Shown: in pieces, positions 1 through 9,677 of the stretch
Position numbering within the stretch: position 1 is the stretch's first letter
Layout: each line of letters begins with the position of its first letter
From: an uncultured delta proteobacterium
GTDB taxonomy: Bacteria; Myxococcota; B64-G9
DNA: 64,000 nucleotides
Assembly (NCBI GenBank): GCA_963754925.1
Contig: CAVWHX010000003.1
Coordinates: 160,001-224,000, forward strand
Reading direction: 5' to 3'
Notes under the pieces: model-generated
What the model was told of the DNA's origin: nothing
What the model saw: the letters and a program-made list of their open reading frames with translations, nothing else
The model's database searches: none
Translations under genes and position numbers: made by a program

Positions 1-146
1 TTGCCGATGTGCACCTCCGGGCATTGCAACCATGCGTCCGATGAATCTTCTCCCACGAGAATATTCAGCTCACCGTGCACCCCGTGGGGACGGGTCACCG
101 TGCCAATCCACACAAAATCGTCCGGTATTCCGCGAACGGTCGCCAT
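1..146 (-). CDS. rimM: 16S rRNA processing protein RimM (5' part, runs off window)
   Basis: Manual translation MATVRGIPDDFVWIGTVTRPHGVHGELNI has the RimM IG..PHG..GEL motif; follows ffh-rpsP-khpA in the conserved operon. Confidence 0.9.
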   Translation of the reverse strand, partial: MATVRGIPDDFVWIGTVTRPHGVHGELNILVGEDSSDAWLQCPEVHIG

Positions 147-151
147 GGCAT

Positions 152-388
152 TCAATCAAGGATGTCGAGCTTTGCCCGCTTCTCGTCCTTCGCTGACGCC
201 ACGGCAAGCACGGTTCTGATAGCTTTGGCGGTCCGACCCTCTTTGCCAATCACCCGGCCGATGTCGGCGTTGGCGACTCGAACCCGAATGATTCTGTCCC
301 GTTCCTCGATCACATCCTCCACAGCAACTGCCTCCGGTTGTTGCACCAACTGGCGCACCATGAAGGCAACCAGGTCTCGCGCTGACAT
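152..388 (-). CDS. khpA: KH-domain RNA-binding protein (KhpA/YlqC family)
   Basis: DIGRVIGKEGRTAKAIRT KH motif; lies between rpsP and rimM. Confidence 0.9.
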   Translation of the reverse strand: MSARDLVAFMVRQLVQQPEAVAVEDVIEERDRIIRVRVANADIGRVIGKEGRTAKAIRTVLAVASAKDEKRAKLDILD

Positions 389-391
389 GGC

Positions 392-652
392 CTAGGCCTT
401 GGGTTCGGGAGTTGCGGCCGGCAGTTGAGCGAATAACCTCGCCAGGGTCGGGCTTATTATCGCACCAATGTTCTTCCAGTAGAGGTACCGTTCCCGGTCG
501 ACCTCGAACACCGGAGGATTGAGCAGCGGATCGTAACGGCCGATCCTCTCGTTGAAGCCGCCCTTAGCTGCCTTGCGTCTATCGCTCACTACCACCCGGT
601 AGTAGGCCCGGTTCTTCGCCCCTGCTCTTTGAAGCCTGATTGCTACTGCCAT
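392..652 (-). CDS. rpsP: 30S ribosomal protein S16
   Basis: MAVAIRLQRAGAKNRAYYRVVVSDRR...IGRYDP; AGGAG RBS. Confidence 0.97.
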   Translation of the reverse strand: MAVAIRLQRAGAKNRAYYRVVVSDRRKAAKGGFNERIGRYDPLLNPPVFEVDRERYLYWKNIGAIISPTLARLFAQLPAATPEPKA

Positions 653-670
653 AGAATATCTCCTCTTTTT

Positions 671-2011
671 CTATCCGCGGCCGCCCATCATGCCGCGCAT
701 CAACGATTTTACTCCAAAGCGATTGACCTTTTTCATTATCTTCTTCATTTCGAGGTATTGCTTAACAAATTGATTTACCTCCTGCACCGAGGTCCCGCTG
801 CCGCGAGCAATTCGCCGACGGCGGCTGCCGTCCAATATGGCATGGTTGATGCGCTCGGTGCGCGTCATCGAATTGATGATGGCCTCGATGCGCTTAAGTT
901 CTTCCTCGGGCAGCATGGCCCCGGGCATGCGTTTCAGCATGCCGCTCATTCCCGGAATCTTCTCCATCAAATCAGAAATTGATCCCATTTTACGCAACTG
1001 CTGCAAATGATCGCGAAAATCCTCGATGGTAAAATCATTCTTGCGGAATTTGCGCTGGAGCTCCTCGGCCTTTTTCTGATCATACACCTCTTGGGCCTGC
1101 TCGATCAGGCCAAGCATATCCCCCATACCCAGAATGCGGGAAGCCATGCGTTCTGGATGGAAGACCTCGAGCGCATCAAGCTTCTCTCCCTGACCGACGA
1201 ACAGAATCGGTTTGCCGGTCACGGCCTTTATCGAAAGCGCCGCGCCGCCGCGGGCATCGCCATCCATTTTGGTCAACACCACCCCATCGATACCCAGGTC
1301 TTCGTTGAATTTCTCAGCTACGTTGACGGCGTCCTGCCCGGTCATGGCGTCAGCCACGAGGAGAATCTGCCGGGGACGGATCTCGCGTTTGATAATCCGC
1401 AGCTCTTCCATTAATTCGACATCGATATGCAGGCGGCCCGCCGTGTCGAGCAGCATCGTGTCATAACCATGCGTTTCGGCCTCGGCCAGGGCAGCGGAAC
1501 AAATCGCCACGGGACTTTGAGAGGTGGTCGAGGGATGCACCGGTATCTGCACGTCAGACGCAAGTTTGGTAAGCTGTTCAATGGCCGCCGGACGGTACAC
1601 ATCGGCAGGCACCAGATAAGGCCTTCGACCTTTGCTTTTCAAACGGAGAGCCAGCTTACCCACCGTGGTCGTCTTGCCCGAGCCCTGCAAGCCCACCACC
1701 ATGATGACTACCGGCGGTTTGGACGCCAAATCGAGATCAATTGCCATACCGCCCATGAGCTTGGTGAGCTCATCGTTGACGATTTTGATGAATTGCTGGC
1801 CCGGCGTCAGGCTCGCTAACACCTCTTGCCCGAGTGACCGGTCTTTTACCGCTTCGACAAAGTCCTTTACCACCTTATAATTGACGTCGGCTTCAAGCAG
1901 GCTCAAGCGCACATCCCGCAACGCGTCCTTGACATTCGAGTCCGAGAGTTTTCCATGCCCCTTCAGGCGCTTGAATGTTTGACCAAACTTTTCGCTCAAC
2001 GTCTCGAACAT
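671..2011 (-). CDS. ffh: Signal recognition particle protein Ffh
   Basis: MFETLSEK start, GLQGSGKTT, DTAGR, TKMDGDARGG, Met-rich M domain. Confidence 0.98.
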   Translation of the reverse strand: MFETLSEKFGQTFKRLKGHGKLSDSNVKDALRDVRLSLLEADVNYKVVKDFVEAVKDRSLGQEVLASLTPGQQFIKIVNDELTKLMGGMAIDLDLASKPPVVIMVVGLQGSGKTTTVGKLALRLKSKGRRPYLVPADVYRPAAIEQLTKLASDVQIPVHPSTTSQSPVAICSAALAEAETHGYDTMLLDTAGRLHIDVELMEELRIIKREIRPRQILLVADAMTGQDAVNVAEKFNEDLGIDGVVLTKMDGDARGGAALSIKAVTGKPILFVGQGEKLDALEVFHPERMASRILGMGDMLGLIEQAQEVYDQKKAEELQRKFRKNDFTIEDFRDHLQQLRKMGSISDLMEKIPGMSGMLKRMPGAMLPEEELKRIEAIINSMTRTERINHAILDGSRRRRIARGSGTSVQEVNQFVKQYLEMKKIMKKVNRFGVKSLMRGMMGGRG

Positions 2012-2228
2012 ACTGAACTTTCTCCACGAGGCCGAACAACGTTCGGCCAAACCGCAGCTAAAAAGGCGCAATACCTTAATCTCGATCCTACGGGATTGTC
2101 AAGGGAAAACCCTAAAAGGAGCCGGGTTCGCGAAGGGATAAACTGACCAGCAACAGCAGACGCAGCTTAGGATACTTCATCGCTTAGAAAAGTATCGGTA
2201 TTTTCGCCGCCACCGAACGTTGTCTCTA

Positions 2229-3746
2229 TCAGGGTTTCGGCACTCCCGTGATGGCAAAGAGAGCCTTGAGGTCCTGATCGTTGAAACTGAACCCCGCCCC
2301 AAAGAAATAGTCGAACATTGCGAGTCCATTGAAAAGATCATCCGCCCCGGCAGTAATATAGATGTGGTTGGCCAGCCAACTGGGACGGTACACCACCCAG
2401 GCTTTTAGACGCGGTTTTGAAGGAACATTATATTCATTGGTTCCAAACTGGAACAGATCGAATCGAAACTCGAGATCATCATTGAAGAAATGCCAGTCCA
2501 TGCCCACGCCGCCGGTATTTTGGATAATGCCGACCCGCAAGGTAAGAAAGTAAAAGCTTTTGGCAAGTTCAACCGAATACTTAAAACTATTCTTGATGTT
2601 GATACTCGTAGTCTTATGGTCGCAAAGGTTCCCTGTGGTTGAATCGCACACCTGAGTCACATTGGCCGAACCACGCGGGTCATCAATTAGCTCAATCATA
2701 TAATACATATCGGATGAAGGCAGCAGTCTAAGACCGAGGTAGCTCTTGGCCGCGTTTTGCCTGACCATATATTCCGATCGCATATCGATATACAATTGCA
2801 ACCGCGCGAGCCGCGAGGTGATGCTGGAGGCATCGTCGAGAATTCCTTCGGCCTTGGTGGCTATTTTGTCGTCATTAACCAACCGGCCCAACGTACCTTG
2901 GCCCTCATTGATTTTACGGGTGATGCTTTCAAGCTGCTCCATCGAGCGGTTGGCCCTTTCCAGAATGCTTTTGATCTCTCCGGCGCTCTTCTTCGTTTCG
3001 CCTTCACCGCCGCCAACGATGTCGTTGAGATCGGCGAACAATTTCTTTACCTCGGCGGACGCGTCATGGATATTCTGAAGAATTTCTTTGTATTGCGCCC
3101 GCGTATCGCCGGTGATCGAGGCCACGTCGCCAATAATTTGTTCGATTTTGTCTTCGTTTCTTCCGAAGACATCGTTGGCGCGCGCGCTCAGTTGGGCAAC
3201 CGTATCGGCTATCTCGGTCAGCCGTCGCATCACATGCCCGACCGAGTCGTCGCGATTAATTTGCTCGACGGTTTTGGTAAGCTCCGAGGTCAGCTTACGT
3301 ATATCTTCGGTTATATTCGGCAAATCACGAAGCAGCTCGTTAAACCCTTTTTCAACATACGTATTTTTAATCTCGTCGCCATCCTTGAGAGGATGGGCTT
3401 GATCGCTGCCGGAGGTTACATCAATGAGCTTGTCGCCCAGTATCGACTCGCTGATTTTGGATACGGTTGCGTCCTCGTAGAGCGGCACGTTTTTTCGAAT
3501 GCGAAAATTCAAACGAGCCCGCCCGCCGGAAAGTTCGATACTCTCGATATAGCCGATCTCTATGCCGGCCATCACCACCCGCGAACGCTTGGCGATTCCT
3601 ATGGCGTCTTCCAAGATGGCATAGACGCGGTAGGCATTCCCGGCTCCCAGCGATCCCTCTTCGACCGTACGCAGGGCGTACACAGCGCCAATAATGGCTA
3701 ACACCGTGAGGACTCCAACTTTTATTGGCGTAAGTAATTTTTTCAT
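2229..3746 (-). CDS. MlaD/MCE-family protein with coiled-coil and C-terminal beta-rich region
   Basis: N-terminal TM, MCE motif (SRVVMAGIEIGYI...SILGDKLI), GQGTLGRLVND; adjacent to an MlaF-like ATPase. Confidence 0.85.
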   Translation of the reverse strand: MKKLLTPIKVGVLTVLAIIGAVYALRTVEEGSLGAGNAYRVYAILEDAIGIAKRSRVVMAGIEIGYIESIELSGGRARLNFRIRKNVPLYEDATVSKISESILGDKLIDVTSGSDQAHPLKDGDEIKNTYVEKGFNELLRDLPNITEDIRKLTSELTKTVEQINRDDSVGHVMRRLTEIADTVAQLSARANDVFGRNEDKIEQIIGDVASITGDTRAQYKEILQNIHDASAEVKKLFADLNDIVGGGEGETKKSAGEIKSILERANRSMEQLESITRKINEGQGTLGRLVNDDKIATKAEGILDDASSITSRLARLQLYIDMRSEYMVRQNAAKSYLGLRLLPSSDMYYMIELIDDPRGSANVTQVCDSTTGNLCDHKTTSINIKNSFKYSVELAKSFYFLTLRVGIIQNTGGVGMDWHFFNDDLEFRFDLFQFGTNEYNVPSKPRLKAWVVYRPSWLANHIYITAGADDLFNGLAMFDYFFGAGFSFNDQDLKALFAITGVPKP

Positions 3747-3842
3747 CAAGCCCTCGCAGGACGCGCGGTGAAGCTACCACTGAATTCCTCCGCGGGGCAA
3801 TCTTTTCCGACATGGTCTAGTATATCGAACCTGTTGTAGATG

Positions 3843-4589
3843 TTAGTTTCCTCGCTCAAACCACGTCGATAAAAATTTTTGCACATACGGGTGCTGGCTT
3901 TCGCGCAGTTCTTTGGGCGGGCCCTGATCGACAATCACGCCGTCGCTAATCATGGCGACGTGATCGCCGATGCGAAACGTCGAGGCGATGTCGTGGCTGA
4001 TGACCACCGAAGTGATACCCAATCGTGCGCGGGTATTCATAATCATCTCGTCGACGCTGTCGGAGGTGATTGGGTCCAAACCGGTGGTCGGTTCGTCGTA
4101 CAGCAGTATCTCCGGATCGCGGACAATCGCCCGAGCCAACCCTACCCGTTTACGCATGCCGCCTGAAAGCTCGGCCGGATAGAGGTGCTCTATGCCGACC
4201 AAATCGACCAACTTAAGTTTCGTGGCGACTAACTCGCGAATTTCGCGCTCACGCATATGTTTATGTTCGCGCAGCGGGAAGGAAACATTATCTCCGACGG
4301 TCATCGAGTCAAACAGCGCCGAACTTTGAAACACCATCCCAAATTTTGCCCGCACCCGCAGCAGCTCTTGCGCCGACAGACCGGTTATGTCTTCGCCTTC
4401 TATCAAAACCTGCCCACGGTCCGGCTGCAGAAGCCCAATCATGTGCTTCATCAAGACACTTTTACCGGAACCGCTGGCGCCGATTATGACGGTGATCTGA
4501 CCACGCTGCGCTGCCAGGTCGATTCCCTTGAGAACCGGATTGTCGCCAAACGATTTATAGAGTCCCCGTATCTCTATCATCGCATCCAT
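3843..4589 (-). CDS. mlaF: ABC transporter ATP-binding protein, MlaF/Mkl family
   Basis: GASGSGKS, FQSSALFDSMTV, ELSGGMRKRVGLAR, YDEPTTGLDP. Confidence 0.85.
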   Translation of the reverse strand: MDAMIEIRGLYKSFGDNPVLKGIDLAAQRGQITVIIGASGSGKSVLMKHMIGLLQPDRGQVLIEGEDITGLSAQELLRVRAKFGMVFQSSALFDSMTVGDNVSFPLREHKHMREREIRELVATKLKLVDLVGIEHLYPAELSGGMRKRVGLARAIVRDPEILLYDEPTTGLDPITSDSVDEMIMNTRARLGITSVVISHDIASTFRIGDHVAMISDGVIVDQGPPKELRESQHPYVQKFLSTWFERGN

Positions 4590-4800
4590 GAGCGTACCGG
4601 TGGTATTCCTTTCGTCGTGCGCATCCTTGAAATTTCCATGGCCGACTCTACCCATTCAAGCCACACCCTGTCAAATGCGGCCTTAGGTTCAAAGAACGCA
4701 TCCGGTGCGGTAGTTGACAAGCGTATCGGCAAGAGTTAACTCGAAATTTGCATTGTGATAGGATATATATGGAGTGTTTCGCGGCGGGAGAGGAGTTTTT

Positions 4801-6072
4801 ATGACGAGGATTGAACAAGCTCGGAAGGGAATCATCAGCGATGAGGTGCTCCACGCGGCCCGTAGTGAAGACCTGGCGCCTGAGCAGCTTTCGCGTTGGT
4901 TGGCCGGAGGTGAAGTGGTGATCGCACGCAACCGGCTGCGGGATATTCCGGCGCTCGCTATCGGCCGGAGCTGCTCGGTGAAAATCAACGCTAACATCGG
5001 CACTTCGCGGGACGCACTGTCGCCCCATGCTGAGATTGAGAAAGCTCAGGTGGCAATTTCGGCCGGGGCCCATACCCTTATGGATTTGTCGACGGGTGGA
5101 GATCTCGAGGCGATGCGTCGCGCGTTGATCAATGCTGTTTCCGTGCCCATTGGCACGGTGCCCGTCTACGAGGCGGCTGCCCGCGCCCTGGATCGAAGTC
5201 AGTCGTTTTGCGACATGACCGTTGAGGACCTATTTGAGGTGATCGAGCAGCATCTCGCCTCGGGGGTGGACTTCATTACCGTTCATTGCGGGGTCAATCG
5301 GGAATCTGTGGCGCGCCTGGCGGCCGAGGGCCGCCTGATGGATGTGGTTTCGCGTGGCGGCGCCCTGCTTATCTCCTGGATGCGGCGTCATGAACGCGAG
5401 AACCCCCTCTACGAGCACTTCGATCGATTGCTTGCGCTCGCTACCCGGTATGACGCAACACTGTCTCTCGGAGATGGTTTCCGCCCCGGCGCCACCGCAG
5501 ACGCGACGGATCGGGCGCAGCTCCAGGAGTTGATCTGCCTCGGTGAGCTGCAGGCCCGGGCGCTTGCGGCGGGGGTTCAGACCATGATCGAGGGACCGGG
5601 CCATGTTCCCCTGGATCAGATCCAGGCTAATATTCTGCTTGAAAAACGGTTATGCCACGGTGCGCCTTTTTATGTGCTGGGGCCGCTGACCACCGACACC
5701 GCTCCGGGCTACGATCACATAACCAGCGCCATCGGTGGCGCGGTGGCCGCCTGGGCGGGCGCGGACTTCTTATGCTACGTTACACCGGCCGAACACCTGC
5801 GCCTCCCTAATCTCGACGATGTGCGCACCGGCGTGATTGCGGCGCGTATCGCGGCCCAGGCCGGCGAATTGGCACGCGGCCAGGAAAAAGCGCGCAACCG
5901 CGAAATGGCCATGAGCCGAGCGCGAAAGTCGCTTGACTGGGAGGGAATGTTTAGCCACGCCCTTGATCCACAGCTCGCCCGGCGCATGCGCGCCGAAGTT
6001 CCGCCAACGGATGATTCGGTGTGCTCGATGTGTGGGGAGTTTTGCGCGATTAAGGTCCAGCGCGACAAATAG
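4801..6072 (+). CDS. thiC: Phosphomethylpyrimidine synthase ThiC (ThiC/Bza family)
   Basis: KINANIGTS, MDLSTGG, SRGG, EGPGH, YVTPAEHL, CSMCGEFC Fe-S motif. Confidence 0.9.
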   Translation: MTRIEQARKGIISDEVLHAARSEDLAPEQLSRWLAGGEVVIARNRLRDIPALAIGRSCSVKINANIGTSRDALSPHAEIEKAQVAISAGAHTLMDLSTGGDLEAMRRALINAVSVPIGTVPVYEAAARALDRSQSFCDMTVEDLFEVIEQHLASGVDFITVHCGVNRESVARLAAEGRLMDVVSRGGALLISWMRRHERENPLYEHFDRLLALATRYDATLSLGDGFRPGATADATDRAQLQELICLGELQARALAAGVQTMIEGPGHVPLDQIQANILLEKRLCHGAPFYVLGPLTTDTAPGYDHITSAIGGAVAAWAGADFLCYVTPAEHLRLPNLDDVRTGVIAARIAAQAGELARGQEKARNREMAMSRARKSLDWEGMFSHALDPQLARRMRAEVPPTDDSVCSMCGEFCAIKVQRDK

Positions 6073-6253
6073 ATTTTCAGACTGGTCGGTCAGGGACGAT
6101 TGAGGGACCCGAAAGCGGCCGTGACCGGCCTAGACCGGTAAAAAATACAGACATGCCGCGTGGTCCGTCATGACCTCCAACCAATTGTTTTGACTTGACA
6201 CAATATACCTGCGCTGGTAAGTACACGCTTCGTTTGGTTTAAGCTATTGCTTG

Positions 6254-6325
6254 GCCGACGTAGCTCAGTGGTAGAGCAGCTGATTCGTAATCAGCAGGTC
6301 ATCGGTTCAAATCCGATCGTCGGCT
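6254..6325 (+). tRNA. tRNA-Thr(CGT)
   Basis: GCCGACG/CGTCGGC acceptor stem, anticodon loop TTCGTAA, GGTTCAAATCC T-arm; CCA not encoded. Confidence 0.95.
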
Positions 6326-6353
6326 CTGACATCGCGTGTGTCATCTTAGAGTT

Positions 6354-6425
6354 GGCCCCATCGTCTAGCGGTCAGGACACCGGCCTCTCACGTCGGTAAC
6401 AGGGGTTCAATTCCCCTTGGGGTCA
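6354..6425 (+). tRNA. tRNA-Glu(CTC)
   Basis: GGCCCCA/TGGGGTC acceptor stem, anticodon loop CTCTCAC, GGTTCAATTCC T-arm; CCA not encoded. Confidence 0.95.
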
Positions 6426-6442
6426 TATTTTCTACCAGGAGT

Positions 6443-7267
6443 ATGCGCCGCGTGCCTCCCGAACGATGCACTTTTACCGAACTTGTTCAGATCGTTGCCC
6501 GGTTACGCAGCCAAGACGGTTGCCCCTGGGATCGTGAACAGACCATTGAGAGCCTGCGCGCCTTTCTCCTGGAGGAAACCTACGAGCTGCTCGATGCCAT
6601 CGATCGAAAAAACCCTGCCGACCATTGCGAGGAACTTGGCGACGTCCTGTTCCAGGTACTATTCCAGGCGCAGATTGCCGCGGAGAGCGGTCTGTTCACC
6701 CTGAGCGATGTCATCGACCGCATCGCCCGCAAACTTATTTCTCGTCATCCGCATGTCTTCGGCCCTACCACGGTTAAAAACTCTGCCGAGGTCGCAATCG
6801 CCTGGCAACAAATAAAAAAAGCAGAAAAAACCAAGAAAGGCATACCTGAGACCAAAAGCCTACTCGATGGCGTTCCGCGCTCGTTGCCAGCTCTGCTGGC
6901 TACTCACCGCCTCTCAGAGCGGGCTGGAACGATTGGTTTTGATTGGAAACAAGTTAGTCCTGTCCTTGAAAAGGTTCGTGAGGAATACCACGAGCTTCAA
7001 CAGGAACTAGCCGCCGACCCTGACGCCAACAATAAGGAAGCCATAGCCTGGGAGCTTGGCGATCTCCTGTTTACGTTAGCCAACCTCGCCCGCCATCTTG
7101 ACCTATGCGGCGAGGATGTCCTCCGACAAGCCAATCAAAGGTTCCGCGAGCGATTCCAAAAGGTTGAAGAGCTGGCAGGCATCCGTAAGATCGATATCGC
7201 ATCCGCCTCGGAAGATACCCTCGAAGCGCTTTGGCAAGATGCAAAGAAGCTCGTCCCACTACGTTAG
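6443..7267 (+). CDS. mazG: Nucleoside triphosphate pyrophosphohydrolase MazG
   Basis: GCPWDREQT, EETYE, EELGDVLFQ, RHPHVFG, second ELGDLLF repeat. Confidence 0.95.
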   Translation: MRRVPPERCTFTELVQIVARLRSQDGCPWDREQTIESLRAFLLEETYELLDAIDRKNPADHCEELGDVLFQVLFQAQIAAESGLFTLSDVIDRIARKLISRHPHVFGPTTVKNSAEVAIAWQQIKKAEKTKKGIPETKSLLDGVPRSLPALLATHRLSERAGTIGFDWKQVSPVLEKVREEYHELQQELAADPDANNKEAIAWELGDLLFTLANLARHLDLCGEDVLRQANQRFRERFQKVEELAGIRKIDIASASEDTLEALWQDAKKLVPLR

Positions 7268-7351
7268 GTAATGGCTAACCCATGGGCATTCTTTTACCCC
7301 AATACTTCAGACCACAACGAAAAGATGAGTGCATCTCTAGGGATAATATCC

Positions 7352-7397
7352 TTTTCCACAAATCCTGTTGAAATCCTGTGGATAAACTTGTGGAAAA
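7352..7397. promoter_or_regulatory. Cluster of DnaA boxes
   Basis: TTTTCCACA (7352), perfect TGTGGATAA (7377), TGTGGAAAA (7389) and weak TGTTGAAAT (7366) versus consensus TTATCCACA. Confidence 0.65.
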
Positions 7398-7872
7398 ACG
7401 ATCTAACGCATACCTCAGTCGCCACCGCTGTCACTTTGCACTAATTTTGTTCGCATGAAAATACTTTTATCTTCAGTTAATTATATAACTATAACCACAA
7501 TATCAAACCATGACACAAAAAAGTCACATAGAATGTTGATATGTGAGAAACCCGATCGGGAAAACGGCTTCGCAGGCTGTTTTGCGGCACCATCGGACCG
7601 GGTAAACATGATCGACGTACCTTTGCCAGCCATCCCTTTGACAAAGGCTTGCGGCTACATGCCGAGCGCGTCACCTGCTGCAATGGCACGCATGGGACAA
7701 GCGTGGGCGGGTCATTGAGTAGACTGGGCTATATCTGACGCGCATCCCAAAGACATGGTGTCGGCGCACCCGCCTGGGTCAACATCGATCGTGGCACGTG
7801 CTGCCATTCATTTCACACCGGAAAGACCGTGTCCGGTCGACTATGATGCAGGCGGCACAACAGCTTTGCAGT

Positions 7873-8006
7873 ATTGTCATTTCGAGCGTAAGAGCCCGTT
7901 AGCGAACGCAGTGAGCTTTACGGGCTCTTACCCCTTTAGGGGTAGCGAGAAATCTAAACAGCAATGAGATCACATGTAGATATCTCCCTTCGGTCGATAT
8001 GACAAT
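7873..8006. repeat. CGTC/TGTC-family REP-like palindromic element with nested hairpins
   Basis: Outer inverted repeat ATTGTCATTTCGA / TCGATATGACAAT; inner TAAGAGCCCGT/ACGGGCTCTTA and TACCCCT/AGGGGTA; GAGAAATCT/AGATATCTC pair. Confidence 0.7.
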
Positions 8007-8128
8007 GTATTCTGTTGCGGATCAGTTTGGATTTTCTATTTGATTTTCTATTTGCTTGACAGAGTTACTGCAGTGGTGTTAAGAGAAGCACCTCATGTGG
8101 TTGAGGAGTTCCCTCAAGGAGGAAGCAC

Positions 8129-8403
8129 GTGGCCGATCACTCATCAGCGTTGAAGCGTTCCCGGCAAAATCAAAAAAGAAAAGTAAGAAACACTATCCTG
8201 CGCTCGAAGGTACGCACCGCTGAACGCAAGTTGCGCGAAGCTATCACCAACAACGATGCCCAAAAGATTAACCAAACCTCCTGACGGCTGTCGCGGAGAT
8301 TTCACGCGCTCGTAGTAAAAACATTCTTCACAAACGGACGGCACAGCGCAAAATTGCTCGGTTATCCCGCAAGGTCTACCTTATCTCCGCTAAAAAATCC
8401 TAG
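8129..8403 (+). CDS. rpsT: 30S ribosomal protein S20 (one-base frameshift near 8277, probably a sequencing error; missed by the ORF track)
   Basis: AGGAGG RBS then GTG; MADHSSALKRSRQNQKRKVRN..., continuing in a shifted frame as ...SKNILHKRTAQRKIARLSRK; convergent with holA. Confidence 0.92.
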
Positions 8404-8415
8404 ATTAAAAAACCG

Positions 8416-9462
8416 CTAGTTTGCTCTGCACAAATCCATGATTGCGCGTTCGAGTAGCAAGGTATCTGAAAGCCGGCTACGTTTGATGCTCCAATCAAGC
8501 TCGGCCAATAGGGTAAGATGGTGCGCAAGTTGCTGGGGTGAAAAACGTTTGCTTTGTTGCAGACACTTCTGAACGACAAACGGATGTAAGCCAAGTTCTG
8601 CCCGCAGCTCCTCAATACTGAGACCTCGCGCAAAGAGCGCCTGAACGCGCGCGAGGTTGCGAACGTGCCGGGCTAGATGCCCCAGAAGCGCTAGCACCGC
8701 TTCGCCATCGCGCAACATTCGCTGCAGAATGGCAAGCGCTGGGTCAAGCCGACCTTCGGCCACCGCATCGACAAGCGCAAAAACCGATTCACTGCGGCTG
8801 TCCGTCACTACCTGAGCAACGTCCGCCGCCGATATCTCGGCAGGTCCTCCTTTTTTATAGAGCGAGAGCTTTTCCACCGCTTGAATGAGTAAACCCAAGT
8901 CTTCACCCACCGCCTCCACCAGCGCATAGAGGGCGTCGTGTTGCGCTCGCAGTTGATTCTCTCTCAATAGGTCCTCGGCGATTCGAGGCAGTTCGCGCAG
9001 ACGCGGACGCGGACATTCCACCACCACCCCGCCGGTAGCGGCGATCGCCTTGGCAAAGAGCTTAGCCGCTTTGGCGGACTTGGCCTGACGCGGGTCCTTA
9101 CTCTCGGCGCCGCCGCCGCGCACCACCAGAACCAAGGTGGCCGCTTCAACGGCGGCCTTCATATAGGCAACGATGTCTTTTTGCGCTTCGGTTCCAAGTT
9201 CCTGGGCGTCGCGCACCACCACCAAACGACGTCCGCCAAACAGCGAGACGGTGCGAACGGCACTCTCGATCTCAGCCGCCGAGGTGTTTCGGCCTTCGAA
9301 ACGGGTGAAGGCGAAATCACGGGAACGTTGGCCTGAAAGCACCGTTTCGCTGATCGCCGCCAGGGCGCGATCAATCAAGGCGTCCTCGTCTCCAGCAATG
9401 AGATATACCGGCGCAACATCTTTCTTGAGTCCCTTGATGAGTTGGGCGGTATTCATGACCAT
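8416..9462 (-). CDS. holA: DNA polymerase III delta subunit
   Basis: PVYLIAGDE, SLFGGRRLVVV, EKLSLY, VFALVDAV; downstream of leuS-lptE. Confidence 0.92.
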   Translation of the reverse strand: MVMNTAQLIKGLKKDVAPVYLIAGDEDALIDRALAAISETVLSGQRSRDFAFTRFEGRNTSAAEIESAVRTVSLFGGRRLVVVRDAQELGTEAQKDIVAYMKAAVEAATLVLVVRGGGAESKDPRQAKSAKAAKLFAKAIAATGGVVVECPRPRLRELPRIAEDLLRENQLRAQHDALYALVEAVGEDLGLLIQAVEKLSLYKKGGPAEISAADVAQVVTDSRSESVFALVDAVAEGRLDPALAILQRMLRDGEAVLALLGHLARHVRNLARVQALFARGLSIEELRAELGLHPFVVQKCLQQSKRFSPQQLAHHLTLLAELDWSIKRSRLSDTLLLERAIMDLCRAN

Positions 9463-9677
9463 TCGTTACACCTCTACTTAGAACCATGTCATTAAAACAC
9501 ACGAACCGAATAAATACCTTAATTACCTGAGGAATGTGAGAGATGTTTTAATGGTGCGAGAATTGGTAGTTCCGCGCGCGGGACTTGGGATTTTGGTACT
9601 GCGTTTCTAGTTGTCTTTCCAGGGGATTAGAAATGCGGACGTGTTTTTATATGGAATATCGAAGGTGAACAGTGCTC

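Noticed and set aside
4590..4800. TPP riboswitch expected upstream of thiC
   Set aside because: No CTGAGA core or other TPP aptamer motif is visible
6254..6443. tRNA genes as an integration site for an island or prophage
   Set aside because: No integrase follows, I noticed no duplicated tRNA 3' end, and mazG starts 17 bp downstream
7455..7967. Short ORFs in the mazG-rpsT gap
   Set aside because: No RBS or motifs; one runs through the palindromic repeat
8270..8284. Programmed ribosomal frameshift in rpsT
   Set aside because: No canonical slippery heptamer, and four similar indels elsewhere in the window point to sequencing error
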